Below are positions 7,785-16,798 of a DNA stretch of 32,648 bases, piece by piece. Every line of letters begins with the position of its first letter. Position 1 is the first letter of the stretch. The notes under the pieces are model-generated. The model was not told the origin of the DNA. It saw only the letters and a program-made list of their open reading frames with translations, and made no database searches. Position numbers and translations under genes: made by a program. Origin of the DNA: Synechococcales cyanobacterium PMM_0002 (lineage in GTDB: Bacteria; Cyanobacteriota; Cyanobacteriia; Elainellales; Elainellaceae); contig CASBQX010000042.1 of NCBI GenBank assembly GCA_949127925.1, positions 1 through 32,648 of the forward strand, given 5' to 3'.

Positions 7785-8237
7785 CTATTGCGGGGTCGAT
7801 GAACTGCCACAGTAGGTATTGACCTCTTCCACCAACGGCAGCTCTAAACTCGTAGCCGATTGAAACGTAGTGTGGGCTTGGGTAGTAGCGTCTAAGTTTT
7901 GTGTAGCCATGCCCTGGGCTACATTTTTGGCAGCGGTAGCCACCTCAGTATAAAGCGCCATGAACCGCTGCTGATAGGCTTGAAGCTGAGGGTCAAACAG
8001 GTTTACAGCCTTCATGGCTACTTGACCCTGTGCATATTGAGCAGCCACTTTCAAAAACGCGCCGTTATCCGGAACGGTATGATTTCGCACCACCGTTTGC
8101 ACCTCTTCTGCGGTTTTGTTAGCGACCTGAGTCAGGCGGTTGCACTGAGCAAGTTTGTTCTCCTGGCAGCCCACAGCTAGCCCACTCAACACAACGGCAA
8201 TAATCAGGGTACGGATGTTTTTATCGGCAGAAGACAT
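7785..8237 (-). CDS. Hypothetical lipoprotein
   Basis: The ORF is open to 8261, but the likely start is the Met at 8237 (MSSADKNIRTLIIAVVLSGLAVGC). That gives a signal peptide plus a lipobox Cys. The rest is helical and Ala/Gln-rich, with no recognised domain. Confidence 0.5.
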   Translation of the reverse strand: MSSADKNIRTLIIAVVLSGLAVGCQENKLAQCNRLTQVANKTAEEVQTVVRNHTVPDNGAFLKVAAQYAQGQVAMKAVNLFDPQLQAYQQRFMALYTEVATAAKNVAQGMATQNLDATTQAHTTFQSATSLELPLVEEVNTYCGSSSTPQ

Positions 8238-8309
8238 GGCGATTCTAGGAACAACACACACAAGACGGAAACCTGATCTGGGTTTAATCCCAGATGCGAC
8301 ACATCTTGT

Positions 8310-8332
8310 GGGGCATGGCAGTGCCGTGCCCC
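8310..8332. repeat. GC-rich palindromic hairpin (GGGGCATGGCAGTGCCGTGCCCC)
   Basis: Near-perfect 23-nt palindrome located 59 nt downstream of the GT4 stop codon. It belongs to the same family as 4387, 29273 and 32563. Confidence 0.7.
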
Positions 8333-8390
8333 TACCAAATGATACCGTTTCTCATCGGCGGTTCTGGCTCACCAGCCAAACTAGCGGCGC

Positions 8391-9614
8391 TCAAGCAGGC
8401 GTGGTCAAAAGGGCACGCAGCCGCTGTGACAAGGTGGCTTTGCCAAAGTTAGCGATCGCCTGCTGCCGCAACCACTGGCGATCGCATCGCGGGTCGGCAA
8501 TGCCCGCTGCCCCCGCATCGAGAGGCGGGCATTGAGGCGGGCATTGAGTCGGGCATTGAGGCGGGCATTGAGGCGGGCATTGGGTCGGGCATTGAGGCGG
8601 GCACTGAAGCAGCTCAATGCAGGCGATCGCCACAGCGGTCGGGTCACGGTGATCGACTTGCCAGCCCAGGCGTCCATCTTGCAACGGGTCTGCCGATCCG
8701 TCGGCATCGCCTGCCAGCACGGGCACTCCGGAGGCCATCGCTTCCAAATAGACCAGGCCAAACCCCTCTTGCGACGGCATCACATAGCCATCGGCCAGCC
8801 GATAGTACTCGGGCAGGGCAGCGGTGGGCACAAACCCAGCAAACACAACTCGATCGGCAACGTGCAGGGTTTGCGCTAGGGCAGCCAGTCGCGGCTGATC
8901 GTCGCCGCGACCAATCACCAAATATTTGACCGTGGGAATCGCCTGGGCGATCGCCGCTAACGCCCGAATGGTGACATCTACTCCCTTGTAGCGATCGCCA
9001 GACCACAGCCGAGCCACGGTCAGTAAGACCTTTGCGCCTGTTAGTCCATACTGCTCTAACAAGATTGCAGACTTGGAGCTAGGGAAAAAGCGATCGCCAT
9101 CGACACAACAGGGCAATAGCTGAAACCGATCGGGCGAAAGCTGGTTTGCTGTGCAGGTGCGATCGCGGGTATAGCGGCTAATAGTCCAAATTTGACTGGC
9201 GTGCTGCAAGGCTAAGCGCAACCGCTGGGGCAACGGCTGCCACACCTCTTTCCCGTAGGCGATCACCGTATAGGGAATGCGCAGCGGCAGGCAGCAGATT
9301 GCTACCAAGGGCGCTAGGTAAATATGCCCGCAAACCACCCGCTGCGGGCGCTGGTGCCACAAAAACCCGAGAAGGGCGATCGCCAGCTTTAGCCTTGCCA
9401 CATGAGGATTGGGATGCCAAAGCGATCGCAGCCGAATATTGGGGGAGGCCGGGAGAGTAGAGTGCTCTAGGCGATCGCGCAGCAAAAATATGACAGCCGG
9501 GGGGACATCGTTTAGCTCCCCATAGCTCCTGAGCACAGCTTGAATGTAGGACTGAATCCCGCCTTCCTGCTCAAAAATTTCTAGAAACAGAAACAGGTAC
9601 GATGGCGGCTTCAC
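8391..9614 (-). CDS. Glycosyltransferase family 4 (GT-B fold) with an internal (QCPP/QCPT)7 repeat insertion
   Basis: 407-aa ORF with the GT4 C-terminal domain motifs ...VMPSQEGFGLVYLEAMASGVPVLAG...DG..G. The start overlaps the upstream gene's stop by 4 nt. Confidence 0.8.
   Translation of the reverse strand: MKPPSYLFLFLEIFEQEGGIQSYIQAVLRSYGELNDVPPAVIFLLRDRLEHSTLPASPNIRLRSLWHPNPHVARLKLAIALLGFLWHQRPQRVVCGHIYLAPLVAICCLPLRIPYTVIAYGKEVWQPLPQRLRLALQHASQIWTISRYTRDRTCTANQLSPDRFQLLPCCVDGDRFFPSSKSAILLEQYGLTGAKVLLTVARLWSGDRYKGVDVTIRALAAIAQAIPTVKYLVIGRGDDQPRLAALAQTLHVADRVVFAGFVPTAALPEYYRLADGYVMPSQEGFGLVYLEAMASGVPVLAGDADGSADPLQDGRLGWQVDHRDPTAVAIACIELLQCPPQCPTQCPPQCPPQCPTQCPPQCPPLDAGAAGIADPRCDRQWLRQQAIANFGKATLSQRLRALLTTPA
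8524..8607 (-). repeat. In-frame 12-nt tandem repeat x7 inside the GT4 CDS
   Basis: There are 7 units of ggcgggcattga, with variants gtcgggcattga, ggcgggcattgg and ggcgggcactga. They encode QCPPQCPTQCPPQCPPQCPTQCPPQCPP on the minus strand. Confidence 0.9.
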
Positions 9615-10072
9615 CGCTGAAATCCATATTTCACAATCAGCAAACAGTTGCGCCCGTCTAAGTAGCGATCGTAAGAAACGCGATCGGCTAAACGCCTTAG
9701 CAAAAACCAGCCATATCCACCTTTACGCAAAGTACCCGGTTCCGGCTCTTTTAAGATATCTGGGTCAAACGGTGGTCCGTGATCCCAAACCCGCAGCTCT
9801 AGCCAATCATCCCAAAAAGCTAGATCGATTTCAACCACTGTCTCGGGTGGCAAATTCCGATGGGCATGGCGTACAGCATTTGAAAAGCCCTCTGCCAAGG
9901 CCAAATTTAAAGGATAAATCTGATTTTTAAGCCAAGGAATCTTATAAGCATTAAAAGTGCAGCAGTCATTAAACCAACCCTGCACTGCGTTGAGGGTAGC
10001 TAAGTCACTGGCAACAACAAGACGTTCGTGCTGTAATACGTTCACACGCAGTGGGGTGAAAAATCGCCGCAA
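9611..10072 (-). CDS. RsbW/SpoIIAB-type anti-sigma regulatory factor (HATPase_c serine kinase)
   Basis: 153-aa ORF with LALAEGFSNAVRHA (N-box-like), a DHGPPFD G1-like box and GGYGWFLLRRLADRV. The size fits single-domain anti-sigma kinases. Confidence 0.7.
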   Translation of the reverse strand: MRRFFTPLRVNVLQHERLVVASDLATLNAVQGWFNDCCTFNAYKIPWLKNQIYPLNLALAEGFSNAVRHAHRNLPPETVVEIDLAFWDDWLELRVWDHGPPFDPDILKEPEPGTLRKGGYGWFLLRRLADRVSYDRYLDGRNCLLIVKYGFQR

Positions 10073-10193
10073 GATTGACGCTACATCATCTACGCTATAT
10101 CACTTAGAAAACGTTAGCGCCCAAACCAGAGTCAGATATGCAAAAGCTACATTCTGAAAACCGATAGAGGCGCTAAAGGCGATAAAGCTAGAC

Positions 10194-10676
10194 CTAAAAC
10201 AAACCCAGCGTCAGGGACTTGTCAATTGGGAGGGTGGCACCAATGCCCATCCAGAGGGTAACAATTGTACCAAACATGAAAATCGTGGTAGCAACTGGCC
10301 GACGGAAGGGATTCTGAAACTTGTTGACGTTCTCAATGAACGGCACCAGCATCAAGCCCAGAGGAATGGCAGACTGTAGCGCCACACCCAAAAGCTTGTT
10401 GGGCACAATCCGCAGAATTTGGAAGGCCGGGTACAAATACCACTCTGGCAAAATTTCTAGAGGAGTCGCAAACGGATCAGCCGCTTCGCCAACCATAGCC
10501 GGGTCTAGCACTGCTAATGCCACACAACAGGCAATGGTGCCAAAAATTACGACGGGGAAAATATAGAGCAAATCATTGGGCCAAGCAGGTTCACCATAAT
10601 AGTTGTGACCCATGCCCTGCTTCAGCTTTTCACGCAACGCGGGATCGGTTAGATCCGGCTTTTTTATAGTTGCCAT
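10194..10676 (-). CDS. petD: Cytochrome b6-f complex subunit IV
   Basis: 160 aa. [43 protein letters not shown]... matches PetD along its full length, and the gene lies immediately downstream of petB. Confidence 0.97.
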   Translation of the reverse strand: MATIKKPDLTDPALREKLKQGMGHNYYGEPAWPNDLLYIFPVVIFGTIACCVALAVLDPAMVGEAADPFATPLEILPEWYLYPAFQILRIVPNKLLGVALQSAIPLGLMLVPFIENVNKFQNPFRRPVATTIFMFGTIVTLWMGIGATLPIDKSLTLGLF

Positions 10677-10731
10677 AGTTTAGGGGTGTTCTCCTTAGCG
10701 TCCAAAGAGTAGATAAGTAATACTGAACCAG

Positions 10732-10765
10732 TTGTTGAGCTACTTGTTGAGCTACTTGTTGAGCC
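10732..10765. repeat. 12-nt tandem repeat (ttgttgagctac x ~2.8) in the petB-petD spacer
   Basis: ttgttgagctac ttgttgagctac ttgttgagcc begins 2 nt 3' of the petB stop codon. Confidence 0.8.
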
Positions 10766-10767
10766 AT

Positions 10768-11436
10768 TTACAAAGGGCCAGAGATGCCCTGCTTGCGGAT
10801 CATCAAGAAATGGAGCAGCATGAATACGGCAATCGACCAAGGCAGTACAAACGTATGCAGGCTATAGAAGCGAGTCAAGGTAGCCTGACCCACACTGTCG
10901 CCACCGCGCATCAGTTCGACAATTTGATCGCCCACAATCGGAATAGCACTAGGAACCCCAGATACAATTTTGACGGCCCAGTAGCCCAGCTGATCCCAAG
11001 GGAGGGAGTAGCCTGTCACTCCAAAGCCAACGGTAATCACGGCTAGAACTACTCCTGTAATCCAGGTGAGTTCACGGGGCTTTTTGAAACCGCCTGTGAG
11101 GTAGACCCGGAACACATGGAGAATCATCATCAGCACCATCATGCTGGCAGACCAGCGGTGGACGGAGCGGATTAGCCAACCAAAGTTGACTTGAGTCATC
11201 AGGTACTGGACGGACTCAAATGCGTCAGTGACCGTAGGCTTATAGTAAAAAGTCATCGCAAACCCAGTGGCAAACTGGATGATGAAGCATGTCAGGGTGA
11301 TGCCACCTAGACAGTAGAAAATATTAACGTGGGGAGGAACGTATTTGCTGCTGATGTCATCAGCGAGCGCCTGGATTTCCAGCCGTTCATCAAACCACTG
11401 GTAGGCTTTTGAGTCAGTTACCTGCTTTGTAAACAT
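10768..11436 (-). CDS. petB: Cytochrome b6
   Basis: 222 aa. [51 protein letters not shown]... matches PetB along its full length. Confidence 0.97.
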   Translation of the reverse strand: MFTKQVTDSKAYQWFDERLEIQALADDISSKYVPPHVNIFYCLGGITLTCFIIQFATGFAMTFYYKPTVTDAFESVQYLMTQVNFGWLIRSVHRWSASMMVLMMILHVFRVYLTGGFKKPRELTWITGVVLAVITVGFGVTGYSLPWDQLGYWAVKIVSGVPSAIPIVGDQIVELMRGGDSVGQATLTRFYSLHTFVLPWSIAVFMLLHFLMIRKQGISGPL

Positions 11437-11680
11437 GAAGCAAGAGTTCCAAAAAAAATTATGGCTGTCTCTAAAAATAACATGGCTATCTATCAGATTT
11501 AACGATACAATGCTTAACTTTTGGAGGTTTCCTAGATCGGGTTCTGTTAATATAGCGAGATTAAACGGCTGACGTGAATCTGTAGAAGCTAATGTGTCCG
11601 TGATGTTGGGGGTTTCTTCCGAGGAACTGTTTCAGATTGCCCTAGGCAACTTCTAGGATTGACGTTTAAGATCTATAGCT

Positions 11681-13033
11681 ATGAAGAACCGGATAATTCG
11701 AGTTGGACTATTCTTGGCGCTGGTGCTGATGCTGGTTTTGAACGTCAGCGCTCCGGCGGCTCAAGCATTGACAGACGAGCAAAAACTGCTAAATGAAGTT
11801 TGGCGGATTGTCGATCGGGCGTATGTGGATGATACGTTTAATCACCAAAACTGGTGGCTGGTGCGTCAGCGCAGGTTGAAGCAGCCCCTGCGCAATCGGG
11901 AAGAAACCTACAGTGCCATTCAAGAAATTCTCGGTAGTTTAGACGATCCTTACACTCGCCTGTTAAAACCCGACCAGTATCGCAGCCTGCAAACGAATAC
12001 TTCCGGTGAACTCACAGGCGTGGGCTTACAGATTACCCAGGAAACCAGTACGGGTGAGCTACAGGTAATTGCCCCAATTGAAGGGTCACCCGCAGACCAA
12101 GCGGGGATTAAGGCGCGCGATCGCATTCTCAAAATCGACGGCACCTCGGCAATTGATTTGACCCTAGACGAAGCGGCTGAGCGGATGCGCGGGCCTATTG
12201 GTAGCCGCGTGGTCTTGACGATTGTGCCGGCTCAGGGCGGGTCTCTTGGGCGATCGCCCACGGATATCTCCACGGATACCTCAGGCGGGGTGGCGTCTGG
12301 CAAATCGCCTGACAGCAGCATTTCCCCAATCCCCAAAGCGCCTGAACCCCAAATTATTGAACTAATCCGCGATCGCATTACGCTCAATCCGGTGTATGCC
12401 GATCTGCGGCCTCAGGCGAACGGCAACAGCATCGGCTACATTCGGCTGACCCAGTTCAACGCCAACGCCGCTGCCGAAGTGGCCCATGCGATCGCCCGAA
12501 TGGAAGCCAAAGGAGCCAACGGCTACATCCTAGATCTGCGCAACAATCCGGGTGGGCTGTTGCAGTCTGGGATTGACATTGCCCGCCTTTGGCTGAAGGA
12601 ATCTACCATTGTTTACACCGTCAATCGCCAGGGCGTGCAGGATAGCTTTGAGGCTGGGGGCGAACCCTTAACCGATGACCCGTTGGTGGTATTAGTGAAC
12701 CAGGGCACGGCTAGTGCCAGCGAGATTTTGGCTGGGGCGCTGCAAGACAATGGCCGCGCCCAGTTAATGGGTGAGAAAACCTTCGGCAAAGGGCTAATTC
12801 AGTCGCTGTTTAATCTGTCTGATGGGTCAGGGCTGGCGGTCACGATCGCCCATTACGAAACCCCCAACCACCATGACATCAACCGGCAAGGCATCGAACC
12901 CGATGAGGCGATCGCCCTACAGCCCATCAGCCGCGACCAGCTGGCCACCCCAGACGACACCCAATACCAAGCTGCCATTCAGCGGTTGCTCAACCCAACG
13001 ATGATTGCCAAAAGCGACCCTGTGAGTGGGTGA
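11681..13033 (+). CDS. Carboxyl-terminal processing protease (S41 peptidase with PDZ domain)
   Basis: 450 aa with a signal peptide, a PDZ region (GVGLQI...IEGSPADQAGIKARDRILKIDG), and S41 motifs LDLRNNPGG and GTASASEI...GEKTFGKG. I cannot tell which Ctp paralogue (A/B/C) this is. Confidence 0.9.
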   Translation: MKNRIIRVGLFLALVLMLVLNVSAPAAQALTDEQKLLNEVWRIVDRAYVDDTFNHQNWWLVRQRRLKQPLRNREETYSAIQEILGSLDDPYTRLLKPDQYRSLQTNTSGELTGVGLQITQETSTGELQVIAPIEGSPADQAGIKARDRILKIDGTSAIDLTLDEAAERMRGPIGSRVVLTIVPAQGGSLGRSPTDISTDTSGGVASGKSPDSSISPIPKAPEPQIIELIRDRITLNPVYADLRPQANGNSIGYIRLTQFNANAAAEVAHAIARMEAKGANGYILDLRNNPGGLLQSGIDIARLWLKESTIVYTVNRQGVQDSFEAGGEPLTDDPLVVLVNQGTASASEILAGALQDNGRAQLMGEKTFGKGLIQSLFNLSDGSGLAVTIAHYETPNHHDINRQGIEPDEAIALQPISRDQLATPDDTQYQAAIQRLLNPTMIAKSDPVSG

Positions 13034-14316
13034 TCTCCATGTCTGTTGCTTGCCTGTCTGGTTCTGGTCGCACCTATCACGATCCATTGCATGGGGCGAT
13101 CGCCCTAGACCAGAGCGATCCGGTTGAAGCGCTGCTAATTCAGCTAATTGATACGCCCGCCTTTCAACGGCTGCGGCGAATTCGTCAGCTTGGCCCCGCT
13201 AGCCTCACATTTCATGGAGCCGAAAGTTCGCGGTTTACCCATTCCTTGGGGGTAATGGCGATCGCCCGTCGCGCCTTCGACCGCCTGATCCTCCGCCATC
13301 CCATCCTCAAACCCTACCGGGCGACAGTGCTCTGTGCCGCCTTGCTGCATGATGTGGGGCATGGGCCATTTAGCCACACCTGCGAAGAAATTTTTGGCAG
13401 CCAGCACGAGCATTGGACGGGGCGAATTTTGCGGGAATCGCCGCCGCTGCGGACGCTGCTCGACCAATTTGACCCCGATCTATTGCCGCAGCTAGAGCAG
13501 GTCTATCAAAAACAGCACCCGGTGCCGCTGGTGTGGCAGCTAGTGTCTAGCCAGTTGGATTGCGATCGCCTCGACTATCTCATGCGCGACAGCCATTCTA
13601 CCGGCACCTCCTACGGCAAACTCGACCTCGATCGGATTTTGATGGCCATGGGATATGACCCTCCTAGCCAGCAGCTTGTGGTGGCGCGTAAAGGCATGGC
13701 GGCGATCGAGCACTACCTAGTCGTCCGCTATTTTATGTATGCCCAGGTGTATAACCATCCCAAAAATGTGGCCGCTACCTGGCTCTTAGAAAAAGCCTTT
13801 CAGCGCGCCCAGGAAGTATTTGCCACCGCGTCTTTATTTGCCGATGATACCCTGACAGCATGGCTGCAAGGCGACTGCAACCACCTGCCCTTAGCGCAAT
13901 ACCTGGCTGCCGACGACGGCATGTTTACCTATCATCTCCAGCGCTGGCAGCAGCACCCCGATCCAGTGCTGGCCGATCTATGCCGTCGGTTTATCAATCG
14001 AGATTTATTCAAATCGCTCGACTTAGGCCATGTCGATCCAGCCCTGCACCCCAAATTGCTGAGCCATGTGCATCACTTACTGGCTCAAGTAGGCTTCGAT
14101 CCAACCTATTATGGCGGGATTCGGATCGCCCTCAGCCGAGGCTACACCCTTTACCAGCGAGGCATCAAACTGCAATCGGAAACAGGCTTACAGGAGTTGA
14201 GCGAGCTGTCGCCACTGGTTAAAACTCTGACGCAGCCATTGCAGCGTACCTGGCTGATCTATCCGCGTGAACTCGATCTGATGCCCGTGCTTGCAGAATA
14301 TGGCGTGAAGGCATAG
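13030..14316 (+). CDS. HD-domain phosphohydrolase (COG1078 / dNTP triphosphohydrolase-like)
   Basis: 428 aa with HDPLHG...FQRLRRIRQLG...RFTHSLGV...LLHDVGHGPFSH...DCDRLDYLMRD. The GTG start overlaps the ctp stop (GTGA); an alternative ATG is at 13039. Confidence 0.85.
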   Translation: MISMSVACLSGSGRTYHDPLHGAIALDQSDPVEALLIQLIDTPAFQRLRRIRQLGPASLTFHGAESSRFTHSLGVMAIARRAFDRLILRHPILKPYRATVLCAALLHDVGHGPFSHTCEEIFGSQHEHWTGRILRESPPLRTLLDQFDPDLLPQLEQVYQKQHPVPLVWQLVSSQLDCDRLDYLMRDSHSTGTSYGKLDLDRILMAMGYDPPSQQLVVARKGMAAIEHYLVVRYFMYAQVYNHPKNVAATWLLEKAFQRAQEVFATASLFADDTLTAWLQGDCNHLPLAQYLAADDGMFTYHLQRWQQHPDPVLADLCRRFINRDLFKSLDLGHVDPALHPKLLSHVHHLLAQVGFDPTYYGGIRIALSRGYTLYQRGIKLQSETGLQELSELSPLVKTLTQPLQRTWLIYPRELDLMPVLAEYGVKA

Positions 14317-14395
14317 AGACGCGATGAATCGCGTCTTCGATTCATTGGCGACGCGATGAATGATTACCGAGAGACGCGATGAATCGCGTCTCTAC
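14315..14395. repeat. Cluster of palindromic elements (AGAGACGCGATGAATCGCGTCTCT family): two full copies plus one partial
   Basis: AGACGCGAT-GA-ATCGCGTCT at 14317-14336 overlaps the HD-gene stop. A partial copy is at about 14350-14362 and a full copy at 14370-14393. The cluster lies between convergent genes. Confidence 0.85.
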
Positions 14396-14478
14396 GATTG
14401 GTGGGCGATCGCCACCTGACCCACGCAGGACGAAATCAGTCGCGTTCAGTGGCCATCACCAATTAATACACAGAAGGA

Positions 14479-15447
14479 TTAATACATAGAGGGCACAAAA
14501 AACTGTTCATTGATGGGAGGCCGCACATAGTGACCCGCAGATTTGCGGGGAGGGAGTTCTGGCGGGCTGGGCGTCATGTCTACGTAGGGAATTTTGGAAA
14601 GCACATGGTGAATACAATTCAGCCGAGCGCGCTTTTTGTCATCGCCCTCAACCGTAAACCAAGGTGCTTCTGGAATATTGGTATGCGCGAACATATCATC
14701 TTTGGCTTTGGAGTAATCAACCCAGCGATCGCGCGATTCCAAATCCATTGGACTGAGTTTCCAACGCCGAGCCGGATCGGTAACCCGAGATTGAAACCGA
14801 CGCTCTTGCTCTTCATCACTAACGGAGAACCAATATTTCAGCAAAATGATGCCTGAGCGCACCAGCATCTGCTCAAATTCAGGGCAGGTTTGCATGAATT
14901 CTCTATATTCTGCTTTACTGCAAAAACCCATCACATGTTCAATGCCAGCACGGTTGTACCAGCTGCGGTCAAAGCAGACAATTTCACCTGCTGCGGGTAA
15001 ATGCTCAACGTAGCGTTGAAAATACCACTGGGTTTTTTCGCGATCGCTGGGCGTGCCCAACGCAACAATGCGACAGCCCCGAGGGTTGAGGGGTTCGGTG
15101 ATGCGCTTAATGGTTCCCCCCTTGCCAGCGGCATCTCGCCCTTCAAATAAAATGACAACCCGTGCTCCCGTAAACTTCGCCCAGTACTGCATCTTGACTA
15201 ATTCTAATTGCAGTTTTGAAAGCTCTTTTTCATAGATTCTATTAGATAGTTTAGAACTCCCTTCATCTTCCGTCGTGTGCTTTTTAATCTCCGGCTTTTC
15301 AGCCGCTTTTTCCTTTTTTTTGTTGCCCCTTTTCAGGGCTGCCAGCGCTGCCATCGGAGAGTCTAGGACATCCGCTTGGGCATCTGTGTTGGTCTTCTTT
15401 TTGGCTTTCATGGGAATTCCTGCTGGAGTTGGGTAGAACTTAATCAA
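14479..15447 (-). CDS. ppk2: Polyphosphate kinase 2
   Basis: RVVILFEGRDAAGKGGTIKRITEPLNPR (PPK2 Walker A) and the rest of the PPK2 fold motifs are present. The more likely start is the Met at 15411 (MKAKKK, with AGGA 8 nt upstream). There is a Lys-rich ~60-aa N-terminal extension. Confidence 0.9.
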   Translation of the reverse strand: MIKFYPTPAGIPMKAKKKTNTDAQADVLDSPMAALAALKRGNKKKEKAAEKPEIKKHTTEDEGSSKLSNRIYEKELSKLQLELVKMQYWAKFTGARVVILFEGRDAAGKGGTIKRITEPLNPRGCRIVALGTPSDREKTQWYFQRYVEHLPAAGEIVCFDRSWYNRAGIEHVMGFCSKAEYREFMQTCPEFEQMLVRSGIILLKYWFSVSDEEQERRFQSRVTDPARRWKLSPMDLESRDRWVDYSKAKDDMFAHTNIPEAPWFTVEGDDKKRARLNCIHHVLSKIPYVDMTPSPPELPPRKSAGHYVRPPINEQFFVPSMY

Positions 15448-15525
15448 GATTTAATCAGAGTTTAATTTTATTCAAGCAGGTTTACGTGCCCCTGATGGTA
15501 TAGCAGCACGCAACGGCTAACGGAT

Positions 15526-16761
15526 TTAGAGCTGAAATCCCATCTCCTTGAGGCTCCGACGCAGGTGCTCAGCCTGCTGAGGGTTGTGGTGCGAATGCAA
15601 GGCGATCGCCCGCCCAAAGGAGGCCAAGCTTTCTTCAACTCTGCCAAGTTTTAGTAGCGCCACGCCCAAGTTTTGATGCGCTTCGGCATGGCCGGGGTTG
15701 AGGTGAATCGCCGTTTGGTAATGGGCGATCGCGTCGGTGAGGTGCCCCATCGCTCTGACTGTTGTGCCTAGATTGTAGTGTCCCAGAGCAAATTCGGGGG
15801 CGATCGCCACACAGGTTTCGTAGGCAGCCTTAGCCCCATTCAAATCGCCGTTGACTTTCATTAAACTGCCAAGATTGTTGTAGGCTCCTAGCTTCAGCCG
15901 TTCTAAAATGGGTTGCTTGATGGCCTGGTGGTAGTGCTCTGCCGCCAAGTCTGCTTGGTTTAAACGACTGTAGGCACTCCCTAGGTGATAGTGCAATTCG
16001 TACTCAACCGGGGCGCTCGCATGAACTGACAGCGGATCAGCTTCCCCTGCCATGTTTTCTATGGATTTGACGCTGGCCAGCCCTTGCTTCAGCAGGTCAA
16101 TCCCCCGTTCAACGTCGCCCATCTGCACGTATAGCGCCCCCAATTTGCTGCATTCATAGGGGTCGTTGGGGTGTTGAGCTAGGTATGCCTCCATGGTGCT
16201 GCAGGCAATTTGCCACTTATCACGGCTGGCGATCGCCCCTGGCTCATAGCCATAGTGCAAAATTGCCGTTTCTGTCACTTCTGCGACCTGCCAGTGGGGT
16301 TCTTGCTGCCGCAATGCCGCCACGCTGTCGTCAATCATGGCGTGATAGGGGCGGGAAAACTGAATCGCTGGATGTTTACGAAACAGGCGTGACACCAGCG
16401 AATAGGGCGATTGCACGGCACCAATTTCGTGGCGCAACAGGTTAATCACCAAATAGTCAGGCTGTTGGATGGCTTGTTTGAGCAGGGGCACTACTTCTGC
16501 GACTAATACTTCATCGGCATCCAATACCAAAATCCAGTCGCGGGTGGCATGCTGCAACGATTCATTGCGAGCCGCCGAAAAGTCTCCCGTCCACGCAAAT
16601 GAGTAGACCTTTGCCCCAAAGGATTGGGCGATCGCCACGGTCTGATCGGTTGATCCCGTATCCACCAGCACGATCTCATCCACTACAGATCGCACGCTTT
16701 CTAAACAGCGGGGCAGATTTTCTGCCTCGTTTTTCACAATCATGCAGAGGGTGAGAGACAT
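15526..16761 (-). CDS. Family 2 glycosyltransferase fused to C-terminal TPR repeats
   Basis: 411 aa. The N-terminus MIVKNEAENLPRCLESV...VLVDTGSTD...DADE carries the GT2 signature. The C-terminal half has repeated A..Y..A/G..NLG TPR-like units. Confidence 0.8.
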   Translation of the reverse strand: MSLTLCMIVKNEAENLPRCLESVRSVVDEIVLVDTGSTDQTVAIAQSFGAKVYSFAWTGDFSAARNESLQHATRDWILVLDADEVLVAEVVPLLKQAIQQPDYLVINLLRHEIGAVQSPYSLVSRLFRKHPAIQFSRPYHAMIDDSVAALRQQEPHWQVAEVTETAILHYGYEPGAIASRDKWQIACSTMEAYLAQHPNDPYECSKLGALYVQMGDVERGIDLLKQGLASVKSIENMAGEADPLSVHASAPVEYELHYHLGSAYSRLNQADLAAEHYHQAIKQPILERLKLGAYNNLGSLMKVNGDLNGAKAAYETCVAIAPEFALGHYNLGTTVRAMGHLTDAIAHYQTAIHLNPGHAEAHQNLGVALLKLGRVEESLASFGRAIALHSHHNPQQAEHLRRSLKEMGFQL

Positions 16762-16762
16762 A

Positions 16763-16798
16763 GGGGGGATGAGGGATGAGGGATGAGGGATGACTGGG
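16763..16798. repeat. Heptanucleotide tandem repeat (GGGATGA x4 perfect, plus flanks)
   Basis: ggg gggatga gggatga gggatga gggatga ctggg. On the gene's sense strand this reads ...TCATCCCTCATCCCCCC-T-ATG, ending 1 nt before the GT2-TPR start codon. Confidence 0.85.

Noticed and set aside
8405-8879. ORFs 8405-8761 (-) and 8532-8879 (+) with NARL / RRAL peptide repeats
   Set aside because: These are alternative-frame readings of the 12-nt repeat inside the GT4 gene. The GT4 frame is supported by conserved motifs on both sides of the repeat.
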